A stretch of DNA of 64,000 nucleotides from an uncultured delta proteobacterium. GTDB lineage: Bacteria; Desulfobacterota; Binatia; UBA9968. Positions 41,298-54,345 of the stretch are shown one piece after another. The stretch spans positions 64,001 to 128,000 of the forward strand of contig CAWJZV010000045.1 of the NCBI GenBank assembly GCA_963847445.1. The letters are read 5' to 3'. The notes beneath the pieces were generated by a model, which was given only the letters and a program-made list of their open reading frames with translations, made no database searches and was not told where the DNA came from. A program made the translations under genes and the position numbers. Numbering within the stretch: position 1 is the first letter of the stretch; each line of letters starts with the position of its first letter.

Positions 41298-42978
41298 TCA
41301 ATCCCCGATCACCGCGGCTGTGGCAACATTGCTCAGTTGCTTATTGATCTCGAAGATGGTCGTCGTGTTGCTAACCTCGTGGGAGACCACCAGTAACGGT
41401 TTGCCATTGGGGCTGTCGTCTTCATTGATGAACAGCACGCCTTCAGGCGAGACATCCGGCGAGATACCCGCGGTACTGGTGTTGGCGTAGTGGACGAAAA
41501 ATGGCCGGCGTGGGTCGGAGATGTCATAAGTCATAACTCCACCGGTGCGCTCCAGTCCGATAAACGCATAGGTCCGGCCGGAGACTTTACCGATCGTAAC
41601 TCCCTCCGGTTCCGGCCCCTTGTTGTCGCTGCGTGTGTTGAATGAAGTCGTGTTTCCATCGGAGTTGAACAGATCGGGAACCAGCGCTGCGGTTCGCCGT
41701 TCGAACTCATCGCCGCTATCGTAGAGCAACGTGCCATTGGTCTTGCGGATCGAGAAGGAACGCGCTCCTGACACGAAAATCTTTTCGAACTCCGTGTCGC
41801 CATCGGTGTTGCCGGTGGCATTGGTCACAACCAGCCGGCCGAGATTCCGTTGCTCCTTGATATCGGACGCATTCGGAAAGACCGCCGGGTCGAGGACGTA
41901 GCCGGCCGCGTTAACAGCCACTTCCTCGATGAACCCCGGCCAGTCTGCTCTGGTGTCGCCCTCGTTGGCCATGACCAGATAGGTATCTCCGCCCACTCGG
42001 TAGGACGCGATGCCGTCCGGCTGGTACATGCCGAACACCGGCCAGTTCTTGATATTGATGCCGTCTTTGAGCGCGCCGTTATCGACCGCGAGATCTTGGT
42101 CGCTGGCGTCCAAACCGTTTCCTGGCAGAGAATGATCTTTAAACCCAAGCCCGACGAGACGGGTGAATTTGGCTCTTTCGATATCCAGAATCGCCATGGC
42201 ATTGCTCTCCTGGAGCGTAACCCAGGCGGTTTTGGAGTCTTGCGATATGGCGATGTATTCGGGCTCCAGGTCTTGGGCCAGTGTCGCGCCCGGGCCGAAG
42301 ATGCGAATGCTCTCTGGGTTGGTCTTGGGAATCGAATCGTTGAACGTTGCGGTTCTGACATCGTCTTGGGTAAGAAACGCCGGGCCGCGGCGCATGTCGA
42401 TGATGCTAACGGTGCCTTCAGGATCGGTGTCGAGGGAACGCGGCTCAACATAGGTGCTTGGCTCGCCTTCGTTGGCGACCAACAGCCAGTGGCCGTTACG
42501 GCTGAAGACGAGCATATCGGGCAGCGCTCCGACCGTGAGTTGGTTTAAGAATATACCATCGGTATCGAAAAATTTAACCGCGCCAGGGCTGGTTTTCGGA
42601 ATGGCTTCGAGGGCGACCGCGACGACGCCGTCGTGAATGGCGATGCTGTTCGGATACTCCGACTCCCAGAGGGATGGGCGTCAACGCCGTCGGCAGATGT
42701 GGCGTACTGATGTCCAGAACATCGATACGGAAATCAGCTGCGTTGATCGCGAACAGTTTCTTTGTCGCGGGATCGTAGGCTGAGATCTCCGCTCGCGGTA
42801 GCGGGCTGCTGGGCCCCGTTGCTGTGAATCTGCCGATCTGTGTCAAGGTGATGCCATTAGATTTTTTCTCGTGATTCCCCTTCAATTTGTTCTTGTCATT
42901 GTCCGCGTGAGCCGCCGTCGGCGTCGTCACCAGCAGCGCGCCAAAGAGTAATGCATAAACGATTCTATTTGCTTTCAT
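41298..42978 (-). CDS. Secreted choice-of-anchor I / alkaline-phosphatase-associated beta-propeller protein (frameshift near 42650)
   Basis: Signal peptide, AEISAYD, ANEGEP, LEPEYI, MYQPDGIA, RSDNKGPEPEG, GLERTGG. Confidence 0.85.
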
Positions 42979-43700
42979 TCTGTTTCTCCTTTCTGATTTT
43001 GCTTCGGCCAGCCTTTATAAAAATTGCTCGTGACGGTCAACGCGGGTCGCTCTGTTATGCGGAGGAAAGTGGTGGATAGTGGCTGCAGCACTACTTAGGT
43101 GCGCGAATCCAACTAATGATTTCAGAGAGGTCGGTTCGTATGTTGCGAAATTATGAAAATTGCATGACGAATTTGTGAGATTGGCAAATCCGGCCATTGA
43201 ATGCTCCCATCTCGGCTTAATCTCGCCGCGATAGCGTAGCCCAGTTTGAATAATTTTTACAAGCTTTAAACTCGCGGCACCCACATCGGCGATTTCATCA
43301 TCTATAAAGAAAGGATTGCTCGTCGAGCGCGAAGGTTCCCATGGCGATTTGAACGGCTTCAAAGCGATCTTTGAGATCGAGTTGCCAGGCGATGCGGCGG
43401 CATTCGAACGGCGCTCCACGAGATCGACGACAGAATTTCCAAGTTAGGATCGGAAAAAATGCCAAATGCCGATGGGTTAGCCAATCTCGATCTGGCCGAG
43501 GCCATCAGAGAGCGCATCGAGTATCTGAGGTCGCCGGGCAAGATCTCCGTTTAATGTCCCTCTCGGAGATGGTTGAGATCCAGCGCCCCTTCGATCCTTC
43601 GGCAAAGCTCAGGAGGGCACGGCGTATAACAGGCGAAGCGAAGTTTCGTCATGCCGGCGCAGAGCCTGCTGCGCAGCCTGCTTGGCGTAGTTCGCTTTAG

Positions 43701-44951
43701 TCAATTGGCGCCGAACTTGCGCAGGTTCGGCATGCCGATCCAGTATCCCAACGTTAGCAACGTGCCGACGGCGCAGCCGAACAGCAACGCGCCGGGCGCG
43801 CCGATGCAGCGCCGCCATGAAGCCGACTTCGGTGGCGCCGACGCTGTTGGCGCCTTGGGAAAACATGTGAAACACGGCGAAGGCGCGGCCGCGCACCTGC
43901 TGCGGCGTGAGCAAATGAAAAGTCGTCTGGCGCATGACCGCTTGGAGCGAGTTGGCCATTCCGGTGACGCCGAGAAGTCCAAACGACAGCCAGAAATTCG
44001 CCGACAGCGCGAAGCCGCCAACCGCCAGCGCGTAAGCGAGAAACGACCAGAGGGCGAGCATGCCCTTATTTTTTACGTCGCCGAACAACGAGCAGGGTGA
44101 CCGTGCCGATCATGCCGCCTATCGCCGGCGCCGAGGACAGCATGCCGAAACCGGCGGGGCCGACGAACAGAATGTCTTTGGCGAAGACCGGCAAGAGCGG
44201 GCGAAAATAGCCGACGCCGACGACGACGAAGTCGAGCAACACCATGGCGAGCACGACCGGTTCCGAGAAGAGAAACTTGACGCCGCCGAGCAGACTGGCG
44301 AGCGCAAGTTTTTCGCGATTCGATCTCGATACTCAGCGGGAATCGTCAGCGAGACGATGGCGATAGACGGCGGGCAGATAAAAAAGCGCATTGAATAGAT
44401 AAGCATTGCCGGTGCTCATCCAAGCCAGACTCAAGCCGCCGAGCATGGGGCCGATAAAGTGCGAGCCTTGGGAAATCGCGGAGTTGAGCGACACGGCGTT
44501 GGTCAGATGGGTGCGCGGCACGAGGTAGGAGATCAGCGACATGCGCGTCGGATTGAGCACGATGTTGAGCGCCGAGGTCATCGCCGTGCCGACTTGGATA
44601 TGCCAAACTTCGATTAGGCCGGCGAGGGTCAGTACGCCAAGTGCGACCGCGACCAACAAGATTCCCCAAAGTGGTCGCCAGAATGAGTTTCTTGCGATCG
44701 ACAAAATCGGCCAAGGTGCCGCCGAACAGGCCGAAGACAAAAATCGGCACGCCCTGGGCGACGCCGGTGAGGCCGAGTTGAAACGCCGATCCGGAAATCT
44801 CGTAGACTTGGTAGAAGTTCTGCGTCTGGCGCATCTGCTGCGCGGTTGTCGCGCACAGAGAAAGCAGGAAAAGCAGTCGGTAGTCGCGTAGACGCAGCGA
44901 GGCCCAGGGCGACAACCGCTGCGCCGGTTTCTCGGTGTGATCCTCAGACAT
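43701..44951 (-). CDS. MFS transporter, EntS/DHA3-like (multiple frameshifts)
   Basis: Hydrophobic helices, GGTLADFVDRKKL, LTNAVSLNS, RGRAFAVF. Confidence 0.85.
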
Positions 44952-45219
44952 GATGTGGATTCATCGTAGATTCCTCAGTTAAAATTGGCGTGGCCGAGCG
45001 AGCTGCAATCCTGCCGTCATGTAGACAATGGATTCTGCCCCTGAGCAAGCAACGATCCGGCAGTGCTTGGTGATTTTTGCGAAGCCATAGCGCCAGGTTG
45101 CCAAAGGTGGAAATAGACTTTGAAGCTGCACGCCTAGGGGTCTTCCGATTCCAGGATCGCGCCTCGCTCGGCCTCTGCTACGCTGTGTAAATGCGGAATT
45201 TGCACTGAAGCAGTGTTAG

Positions 45220-46389
45220 CTACTTGAGCTGTCTCATCACTTCGTCGTGAATGGTTTTGAGCGAGATGCGTTTGGCTGCGGCGATGCGCTTCAGGTCGTC
45301 GTATTCCGGCGTGGCGCGCTCGGCTGCCGTCCGGTTGGGTGACGATTTTGACCGTGACTTCGCCAAAGCGAGTTTTTACTTTTTTCGACTGCTCTCGCCA
45401 AGAGAATGCGGCTGACGGGATAGTAGCGCACGCCGATGGTCGTGGTCTCCTGCAAGATAACCGCAGCGAGGCGATCGCGCCGGGCGAGTTCGCAGATGAC
45501 CGTGAGCAGCGTGGCGGGGCGGTTCTTTTTCATCTGGATCGGCGCCAGAAAGACATCGCGGGCGCCGGCGGCGAACAGCCGCTCCATGACATGGTCGAAA
45601 TGCTGCGGGTTCATGTCGTCGATGTTGGTTTCGATGACCAGCATCTCTTCATGCTGTAAGTTGGCCGCGTTCGCGCCGATGACTAGGCGAAACAGATTGG
45701 GCCGGTTGGGAAATTCTTTTTGCCCGGTGCCGTAGCCGATCTTGTCGATGGTCATGGCCGGCTGGTCGCCGAAACTGCTGCCCAACACTTTTAGCAAAGC
45801 CGCGCCGGTGGGCGTCACCGTCTCGCTTTCCAGATCGATGCCGAAGGTGGGCAGACCTTTCAACAATTCCATTGTCGCCGGTCCCGGCACCGGCAGCGGG
45901 CCATGCTGCGGAGCGGGTCAATGCCGTGGCCCAGGGGAATCCTGGAAAAATGTAGTCTGGTCTATTGCTAATTCCTCTGACACCGATCGCCGCGGCGACG
46001 ATGTCGACGATGGAATCGGTGGCGCCGACTTCATGGAAGTGCACATGATCGACGGCGACGCCGTGAATCTTCGCTTCGGCTTGGGCGAGCCGGGTGAAGA
46101 TGTCGATGCGCGGTCGCTTTGACCGTCGCGGACTGAGTTTGCTGCGCTCGATCAGTCGGCGGATCTGCTGCCAGGAGCGCGGCGCTTCCTGGCGCGGGCA
46201 GATGACCTGGAACTGGGTGGCGCGGACGGCGTGGACCGTCTTCTTCGCGGTCTTGAGAGCGAACGTCAGGGTTGGAATCTTTTTCAGCTCCGCTTTGAGC
46301 TTGCCCAGCGGCAAGCCGAGATCGATCAGCGCGGCGACGAACATGTCGCCGCTGATGCCGCCGATGAGATCTCCGTAGGCTATCCGCAT
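45220..46389 (-). CDS. larC: Nickel-pincer cofactor biosynthesis protein LarC (frameshifts)
   Basis: GISGDM, VHFHEVGATDSIVD, TPTGAA, ETNIDDMNP, MKKNRP, ETTTIGVR, PEYDD. Confidence 0.9.
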
Positions 46390-46394
46390 GTCAT

Positions 46395-46466
46395 GCTCGT
46401 GGCTCGTGCTCGTGGCTCGTGGCTCGGAATCGCTGACGATCACGAATCACGAACCACGATCACGAC
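46395..46466. repeat. Hairpin of 6/7-mer tandem repeats (GCTCGTG)n / (CACGAWY)n
   Basis: GCTCGTGGCTCGTGCTCGTGGCTCGTG ... CACGAATCACGAACCACGATCACGAC. Confidence 0.75.
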
Positions 46467-46469
46467 TTC

Positions 46470-47683
46470 TCACCAATCCCGATGCACTTCCTTGCCGCTG
46501 GTTTCGATGCGGATGATTTCCGACTTGAAAGGCTTGCCGAGCAGGGTGTCGATGAGCCAGTTGATCACCAGCGGGCGCGCTTTGGGATTGCGGATCGAGT
46601 GGCGTTCGCCTTCGAAGACGTAGAGCAGTTTCGGCGCGGGCAGCTTCGCCCATGAGCTTGTAGACGAACTTCATGTCGCAGTGCTCGTCGTCTTCGCCGG
46701 CGACGATCATGTAAGGACAAGTGATTTTCGCGGTGACGCCTTCGAGGGACAGGGTTTGGCAGAATTCGTCGAAGGCGGCTTCGTCGTCGTAGCCGGACAT
46801 GTACATGTAATTCAACTTAAACGTCGGCGACGACATGTTGAAGATGGCGAACTGGCCCGGCTCCATGCAGACGCCGCTGACGGCGCAGGCTTTGAAGCGT
46901 TTCTCCGCGGCGACCACCCGCGGCGCCCAGTAGGAGCCCATGCTCGAAGCCATGACGCCAAGACGATCGGCGTCGATCTCAGGGCGTTTGACCAGATAGT
47001 CGGCGACGAGTTTGCCGACATCCTCGACGTTGGACGCGGTGCATTTGATGCCGCCTTCGCGGGTCTCGCCATGGCCGGGGCAGTCGACGGATAACAGCGC
47101 GAAGCCGCGCTCGATGAACGGATCGCCGCTGGCCGGGTGGTCTTCTTTGACGCCGTCCATGCCGGGGATGTACATGACGCAGGGCACTTTCTCGCCGGCT
47201 TTGCGGCCCGGCGGGAGATGCAAGAGCGCCTGGACTTTCTTGCCGTCGTAGGGCAGCTCGACGCGTTCGATCGGCCTGCCGGCATATTGAATGAACTTGT
47301 CGTAGCTGGCGCGTTTGCGCTCCTGCCAGTGGATGCGCTCGCGGTTGCCGTCTTCGTAGATCGCCCACATGGCGTTGGTGTAGAAGCATGCGGCGATGTA
47401 GTAGTGGTCGCGCGCTTCATTTAACTTGCCGGCCGCTTCGGCCTGGCGCCCTTGCTCTTCGCGGCGCGCCGCCGCCTGGGAGAATTCGCGCGGGATATCG
47501 ACGAATTTTTTGATTCGGCTGCACAGCTCGGTCAAATCTTTCTCGACCGCTGGGGCCGCAGTTGCGGATAATTTTCCCGGTGCGGCCCTGGTCCCAGTCG
47601 ATGCCGCGGGTTTGAATCACCTGATCCAGGATCCAGCGCTGTTCGCGCCAACGTTTCATTTTCCGTTCGGTTTCGATTCTCAT
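46470..47683 (-). CDS. Alpha/beta hydrolase, FrsA / 2,6-dihydropseudooxynicotine hydrolase-like (frameshifts)
   Basis: PGMDGVKE, DCPGHGE, nucleophile elbow ASSMG, AGEDD, and a C-terminal His. Confidence 0.8.
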
Positions 47684-47714
47684 GTTTCCTCCTTGTCGAT
47701 CTGAACAGGTGAAA

Positions 47715-47798
47715 TCGAGGATCAGAGGATGGATGATAGAGGATCGCTTACTTGATGCGACCTGGCCATCCTCCATCTTCGAATCCTCCATCCTCGAC
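47715..47798. repeat. Hairpin of 7-mer repeats (GAGGATG / CATCCTC)
   Basis: GAGGATCAGAGGATGGATGATAGAGGATCG ... CCATCCTCCATCTTCGAATCCTCCATCCTCG. Confidence 0.7.
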
Positions 47799-47801
47799 TC
47801 A

Positions 47802-48811
47802 TCATTGTTTTATCATTTGCCGGACGAAGCGGTCATCGACGAATTTTCGCAAATCGACATTTTTCAGTTGCGGCGTGGTTTCCAACAGGCTGTCGCGCAC
47901 CGCTTCGAGGCCTTTGAGCCCCGGATAGGGCGGGTTGGAAATCGCCGCGTCGTATTCTTTGTAGCCGCCTTCGAGTATGCGATCGTCGGCGCGCAGGTAT
48001 TTGCGCAGAATTCGCAACGCGGCGCGGCTGTCTTCCTTATAAACTTTGGCGCCGTCGGTGAGCGACGCCATGTAGGCGCGCACGACCTCGGGCTGGCTCT
48101 GCACGAACGAGCGTTTCGCCGCGATGCCGGAGAAAGTAAATTCGCGGCCGAGATCGGGGATATGCAAGAGCGGGCGGTAACCCAAATCGCGGGCCGCAGT
48201 GGATGTCGGCGGCGAAAGAATGCCGGCTTGCACTGCGCCGGCGCGCATGGCGGCGAGGATCTCGGGAATGCCGCCCAGGGCGATCATGGTCACGTCTTTG
48301 GCGTTCAAACCGAATTGTTCCAGCGCCGCGCGCACGGCGAGATCGCTGGCCGAGCCGATGCGCGTGATGCCGATCTTTTTCCCTTTGAGATCGGGCCTTT
48401 GGCAATGCTCGGATCGGCGAGTAGGGTGAAAACCATTTGATGAGTGGTGGTGCCGACCCAGACGAAGTCGGCGCCCTGAACCCAAGCCGTCAGCATCGGC
48501 GCCGGCGACAGATGACCGAAGTGAATCTCGCCGGCGAGCAGCGCCTGCACGGCGGTGGAACCGCCGCGGATGTAGATCAGGTTCGAGTCCAAGCCATGTT
48601 TGCGAAAATGGCCATCTTCATGGGTGAGCCAAAGCGTGCCGATGCCGGCGGAGAGGGCGCTGTAGGCGGTGCGTACTGGGGTGACACGATTTTGCCCCGA
48701 ACATGGTGCCGCTATCGTAACCGAAAACAGCGCGAAGAGCAGGATTGTCAGCGACAAATTGCCATCCTGCAGCAATGTTCGGATGAAAAATCGCGTGTTC
48801 GGTGGGCTCAT
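47802..48811 (-). CDS. ABC transporter substrate-binding protein, NMT1/SsuA-like (frameshift near 48400)
   Basis: GHFRKHGLD, QALLAGEI, DLKGKKIGITRIGS. Confidence 0.85.
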
Positions 48812-48990
48812 TGTGGCGGTTTTTGCCTGGCAAAGCGCGCCCGGCGGCTCGCCGCTGACTGTAGCAAAATTCCATTGGTTCGCAAACTTAGCGGCTCAAA
48901 GCCAGTCAAATCAATCTGTTTGAATCTGCGAAGCTTTTGTGGTTAAAAGGAAACGATATCTGTCTCTCAGTGTAACTACGGAAACTTACG

Positions 48991-49377
48991 ATGTTATTTG
49001 ATTTTGCTAACGTCCTGGTGTTCACCGCGCTGGGTCTTGGATTCGTCGGTGTCAATCTGTTGATCGGCAAGTTGTTGCGGCCGGCCAATCCGCAGACACG
49101 CAAACTATCGACCTATGAGTGCGGCGAGCCGTCCACCGGCAGCGCTTGGGTCAATTTCAACATCCGTTTTTATCTGGTCGCATTGGTTTTCATCATCTTC
49201 GAAGTTGAAATCGCCTTCATCTTTCCGGTGGCCGCGGTGTTTCGCCGTTGGGTCGAAGGCGGTGTCGGTCTGTTCGCGCTGGTCGAAGTGCTGATGTTCG
49301 TCGGCATTCTGTTTCTCGGATTGGTTTACGCTTGGGTCAAGGGTGACTTGGACTGGGTCAAGAAGGTCAAGGCTTAA
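48991..49377 (+). CDS. nuoA: NADH-quinone oxidoreductase subunit A
   Basis: [20 protein letters not shown]. Confidence 0.95.
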   Translation: MLFDFANVLVFTALGLGFVGVNLLIGKLLRPANPQTRKLSTYECGEPSTGSAWVNFNIRFYLVALVFIIFEVEIAFIFPVAAVFRRWVEGGVGLFALVEVLMFVGILFLGLVYAWVKGDLDWVKKVKA

Positions 49378-49403
49378 TCGGCCTGGCTATCGGAGTCTTT
49401 GCA

Positions 49404-49916
49404 ATGAAACCGCTGATCAACACGTTGCCCGAAACGGTTTTTACCACCAAGGTCGACGATCTGCTCAACTGGGGCCGAGCCTCATCGCAGTGGTACATGC
49501 TGTTCGGTTTGGCCTGCTGCGCCATCGAGCTCATGCAGACCGGCGGGCCGCGGGCCGATCTCGACCGTTTCGGCGCGGTGCCGCGGGCGACGCCGAGGCA
49601 ATCGGATCTGATGATCGTCGCCGGCACGCTGACCTACAAGATGGCCAAGCGCACCAAGCTGCTCTATGACCAGATGCCCGATCCCAAGTACGTCATCTCC
49701 ATGGGCAGTTGCTCGAACTGCGGCGGGCTGTTCCAGCTCGCTTATTCGGTCTGCAAAGGCGTCGACAAGATCATTCCGGTCGACGTTTACGTGCCCGGCT
49801 GTCCGCCGCGTCCGGAAGCGCTGACCGAGGGGTTGCTGCGAATTCAGGACAAGATGATGCGCGAACGCTGGCTGGTGAAGGCGCCTGAGGCCGAGGGCGA
49901 TGAAGCCGGGGCTTAA
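49404..49916 (+). CDS. nuoB: NADH-quinone oxidoreductase subunit B
   Basis: [20 protein letters not shown]. Confidence 0.96.
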   Translation: MKPLINTLPETVFTTKVDDLLNWGRASSQWYMLFGLACCAIELMQTGGPRADLDRFGAVPRATPRQSDLMIVAGTLTYKMAKRTKLLYDQMPDPKYVISMGSCSNCGGLFQLAYSVCKGVDKIIPVDVYVPGCPPRPEALTEGLLRIQDKMMRERWLVKAPEAEGDEAGA

Positions 49917-49924
49917 GATTCAAA

Positions 49925-50432
49925 ATGGAAGCCAAAGAAACCTACGCCTCGCTGGAAAAGCTCTTTCCCGGCAAAGTCCGCGACTTCAAGGGCGATGTGT
50001 TCGAGCCCTATTTGAACGTCGAAAAGGAAGCACATCGTCGAAATCTGCCGTTTCCTGCGGACCGCGCAGAGTTTCAGATTTGAAGTGCTGTCGGATTTGA
50101 CCGCCATCGACTGGCCCAAGGAAGAGAAGATTCAGATCGTTTACCATCTGTTTTCCTACGCGCATAACCATCAGATCGTTCTCAAGGTCGATTTGCCGCG
50201 CGACAATCCTAAAATCGCCACGGTGGAAGGGCAGTGGAAAGTGGCCAATTGGTTCGAGCGCGAGGTTTACGATCTGTTCGGCGTGATCTTCGAAGGCCAC
50301 AGCGATCTGCGCCGGATCATGTTGCCGGAAGATTGGGTCGGCTTCCCGCTGCGCAAAGACTACGTCGAGCAGGAAGAGTATGACGGCATCAGCACCCAGC
50401 GCGCGCCCCTGGTAGAAAAGTTGTTGCGATAA
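49925..50432 (+). CDS. nuoC: NADH-quinone oxidoreductase subunit C (frameshifts near the N-terminus)
   Basis: WFEREVYDLFG, RRIMLPEDWVGFPLRKD. Confidence 0.93.
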
Positions 50433-50441
50433 GGCCAATTC

Positions 50442-51583
50442 ATGAGCGAAACCGCCGCCACGGATACCGGCTTCTACGCCGAAGAGATGACCATCAATGT
50501 TGGGCCGCAGCATCCGAGCACCCATGGGGTGTTGCGCTTCGTGGTCAAGACCGACGGCGAGGTGATCAACGAGGCGATCCCCGATGTCGGCTACTTGCAC
50601 CGCTCCATCGAGAAGATCGGCGAGAAGGTCACTTATCACGGCTACGTGCCGTACACCGACCGCGTCGACTATCTCGCCGCGATGTTTGCCAATCAGGCGT
50701 TCTGCATGGCGGCGGAGAAGCTCGCCAACATCGAAGTGCCGCGCCGCGGCGAGTTCTGCCGGGTCATCGCTTGCGAGCTCAACCGTCTCGCCAGCCATCT
50801 GATTTCCGTCGGCACCATCGGCCAGGACATCGGCGCCATGACGCCGTTCGTCCACGCCCTGCGCGAGCGCGAAACCATCAACAATTTGATGGAAGAGATC
50901 TGCGGCGCCCGGCTGACCTACAATTATATGCGCATCGGCGGCGTCGGCTACGATATCGTGCCGTCGACCATGACCAAGATCGCCGAGTTTCTCGATCACT
51001 TCGAGCCGATCGTCGAGGAGTTCAACCGCTTGCTCTCCGGCAACAAGATTTTCATCGAGCGTTTGGCCAATGTCGCGGTGATCAGTAAAGCGGACGCGCT
51101 GTCGTACAATCTGGTCGGGCCCAACCTGCGCGGCTCGGGCATCAAGTGGGATATCCGGCGCGATATTCCGTATTCCGTCTATCCGGAGTTGGATTTCGAC
51201 GTTCCCGTCGGCACCGCCGAAGTCGGCAGCTCTGGGCGATAGCTTCGATCGCTTCTGGGTGCGCATCCGCGAGATGCAGGAGAGCGTCAAGATCCTCCGC
51301 CAGGCGATGAAAATGATCCCCAAGGGGCCGGCGATCTCCAAGGTCCCGAAAAAGTTTCGCCCGCCGGCGGGCGAATACTACGTCCGGGTCGAGGCGCCGC
51401 GCGGCGACATGGGCTTTTACGTGGTCAGCGACGGCAGCGAGTATCCCTATCGGGTGCGCATTCGCACCGGCTCGTTCACGGCGATGAGCATCATCGATAA
51501 GCTCAGCCAAAGGGATCATGGTGGCGGACTTGATCGCCTTGATCGGCAGTCTCGACGTCGATGCGCCGGAGATCGACCGTTAG
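50442..51583 (+). CDS. nuoD: NADH-quinone oxidoreductase subunit D (frameshifts)
   Basis: [27 protein letters not shown]-terminal PEIDR. Confidence 0.95.
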
Positions 51584-51601
51584 GTTTTTTCCGAGTTTAA
51601 T

Positions 51602-52792
51602 ATGCAAGCTCTTCTCGACCAAATGATGCAAGAGGGCGCCTTCGCCGGTGTCCCTAAAGAGGTCGTCTACGCCATCGCCATGGTGCTGGCGGCAGTGGTG
51701 GTGTTTCGGTGTTCGTCGCGCCGCTCGCCGGCGTGACCAGCTGGCTCGAACGGCGCGTCTGGGCGCGCATGCAGTCGCGCGTCGGTCCGAACCGGGTCGG
51801 ACCGCAAGGCATTCTCCAGTGGCTCGCCGACGGCATCAAGAACATCATGAAGGAAGACATCATTCCGGCGGCGGCGGATCAAAAGCTCTTTCCGCTGGCG
51901 CCCTATATCGTCTTCATGGGCTTCCTCTGCGCCTTCGTGGTCATTCCGTTCGGCGAAAACCTGATCATCGCCGATCTCAACATCGGCATTCTCTACATAC
52001 TCGCGGTGACTTCGCTGGTCGTGGTCGGCATTCTCATGGCCGGCTGGGCGTCGAACAACAAATGGTCGCTGCTCGGCGGCATGCGCTCGGCGGCGCAGAT
52101 CGTCAGCTACGAGATTCCCGCGGGCTTGTCGGTTCTCACGATCGTGTTTCTCACCGGCACGCTGAGCATGCAGGGCATCATCAAGGCGCAGGGCTGGGGT
52201 CCGTGGGATTGGTTCATGTTCCACAACCCATTTACCTTCTGCGCGTTTCTTCCTGTTCTTCACCGCGGCTCTGGCCGAGGGCAACCGCACGCCGTTCGAT
52301 CTTCCCGAGGCCGAGTCCGAGCTGGTCGCCGGCTACGTGACCGAGTATAGCGGCATGCGCTTTCTGTTTTTCTTCTTCGCCGAGTGGGGCAATCTTTACG
52401 TCATCGGCGCGGTGGCCACGACGCTCTTCATGGGCGGCTGGCAGGTGCCGCCGTTCTTTGACGGCTATCCTGTGCTCAAGGGCGTGGCGCAGTTCGTGAC
52501 GTTCTTCCTGAAAGCTTACTTCTGGGTGTTCGTGGCGATGTGGATCCGCGCGACTTTGCCGCGCGTGCGCGTCGATCAGCTGATGGCGCTATGCTGGAAG
52601 TACATGGTGCCGTTATCGTTCGTCTGTTTGCTGGGCACCATCGGCTTCATGTTTATGGCCGAGATTAGCCGGCGCGTCTTTGGCGCGATCACGTTGGGCT
52701 TCGCCCTCGCCACCATAATCAATTTTTTCCGCCGGGTCGGCTTTCAGTTTCGCGCCGCCAAGCCCGAGGCCTATTGGAAGCCGCATATCTAG
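51602..52792 (+). CDS. nuoH: NADH-quinone oxidoreductase subunit H (frameshifts)
   Basis: ERRVWARMQSRVGPNRVGP, AQIVSYE, NRTPFDLPEAESELVAG, PRVRVDQ. Confidence 0.95.
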
Positions 52793-52805
52793 AATTTGAG
52801 GATTT

Positions 52806-53369
52806 ATGGGTGTTCTTACCAGCTATGTAAAAGATATTCAGGCTGCGATCTCGTCGACCTTCGAAGGCATGTCGATCACCTTCTCGCATTTGATGCGCCG
52901 GCCGATGACGATCCAGTATCCCGATAAGATTCCGGTGCCGATCCAGGAGACCTTGCCGCTGCGCTACCGCGGCATCCTCGAAGTCGATCTGGATATTTGC
53001 ACCGGCTGCCTGGCTTGCGAACGGATCTGTCCGATCACTTGCATTACCATCGGCATCGACATGAACAAGGAGACCAAGCAGCGCCAGTTCACCCATTTCG
53101 ACATCGATGTCTGTAAGTGCATGTATTGCGGGCTGTGCTCGGAGGTCTGCCCGACCGGCGCGATCCGCCACTCGCAGGAGTTCGAAGGGGCGAGCTATAA
53201 CCCGGCGGGCCTGGTGCGCCACTTCGCGCCTGAGGCGTCGAATCTCTACAAGCCAAAAAAGGGCGGCGAAACCGAGCCAAAATTAATTACCAAAGTCGAC
53301 ATCGGTCTAAAGTATCTGGACGAATTTGCTACGCCGGATGGAGGAGGGGCCGCCGAGGAGGAAGCATAG
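52806..53369 (+). CDS. nuoI: NADH-quinone oxidoreductase subunit I
   Basis: Two 4Fe-4S motifs: CTGCLACERICP and CMYCGLCSEVCP. Confidence 0.95.
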   Translation: MGVLTSYVKDIQAAISSTFEGMSITFSHLMRRPMTIQYPDKIPVPIQETLPLRYRGILEVDLDICTGCLACERICPITCITIGIDMNKETKQRQFTHFDIDVCKCMYCGLCSEVCPTGAIRHSQEFEGASYNPAGLVRHFAPEASNLYKPKKGGETEPKLITKVDIGLKYLDEFATPDGGGAAEEEA

Positions 53370-53488
53370 GCGTCTGGAGCGGGGCGGTTTTTATCTTTAC
53401 ACCCAAGCCCCTTGATCCGTTACGGATCTTCCGATAAGTCAGCGAAAACGTCTGCAATTTTCCGCGTTTCCAAAATTTGAGTAAAGGT

Positions 53489-53989
53489 ATGACTGTTTCA
53501 ACGGCGGTTTTTTATCTAATTGCCCTGCTCACCATCGTGTCGGCGGGTATGGTGGCGTTCTCGCGCAATATAATTTACTCGGCGTTTTCCCTGTTGGGCA
53601 CGTTTCATGGGAATCGCCGGCTTGTATATTTTTCTCGGCGCTGACTTCGTCGCGGCGGTGCAGGTGTTGATCTACGTCGGCGGCATCCTGGTGCTGATCC
53701 TGTTCGCCGTCATGCTCACCCATCGGATCACCGATGTGACGATCACCAACCGCGCCGCCGGCCGCATCCCGGCGCTGATCGTCATCGGCGTGTTGGTTTA
53801 TTTTCTGATTCAGACGGTGAAGACCACGCCTTGGCTCAAGGCCAAGGAAGTCGTCTTCACGCCACGACGGCGAAGATCGGCGACGCCTTTCTCTATGACT
53901 ACCTGTTGCCTTTCGAGCTGGCCTCGTTGGTGCTATTGGCGGCGATGATCGGTGCGGTGGTGTTGTCGCGTAAGGAGATCAAAGACTAG
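53489..53989 (+). CDS. nuoJ: NADH-quinone oxidoreductase subunit J (frameshifts)
   Basis: QVLIYVGGILVLILFAVML, YLLPFE. Confidence 0.92.
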
Positions 53990-53991
53990 CC

Positions 53992-54303
53992 ATGTCGCCC
54001 AATGAGCTATCTTCGTACCTGACCATCGCTGCGATCCTTTTCGCTCTCGGTTTGTTTACGGTGCTGACGCGGCGCAATGCCATCAGCGTGTTGATGGGCG
54101 TCGAGCTGATTCTCAACAGCGCCAACATCAATTACGTCGCGTTTTCCCACTTCAGCAGCGGCAATAGCGCCGGGCAGATTTACGCGATCTTTGTCATCAT
54201 GTTGGCCGCGGCGGAGGCGGCGGTCGGATTGGCGATCGTCTTGGCGATCTTCAAATTGTTCCACACCATCGATGTCGAAGCGGCGGAAACGATGAAAGAT
54301 TAG
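53992..54303 (+). CDS. nuoK: NADH-quinone oxidoreductase subunit K
   Basis: [26 protein letters not shown]. Confidence 0.95.
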   Translation: MSPNELSSYLTIAAILFALGLFTVLTRRNAISVLMGVELILNSANINYVAFSHFSSGNSAGQIYAIFVIMLAAAEAAVGLAIVLAIFKLFHTIDVEAAETMKD

Positions 54304-54345
54304 TTCAACGGTTCAAGGTTCAAAAGTTCAAGGTCAGAACGCTCG

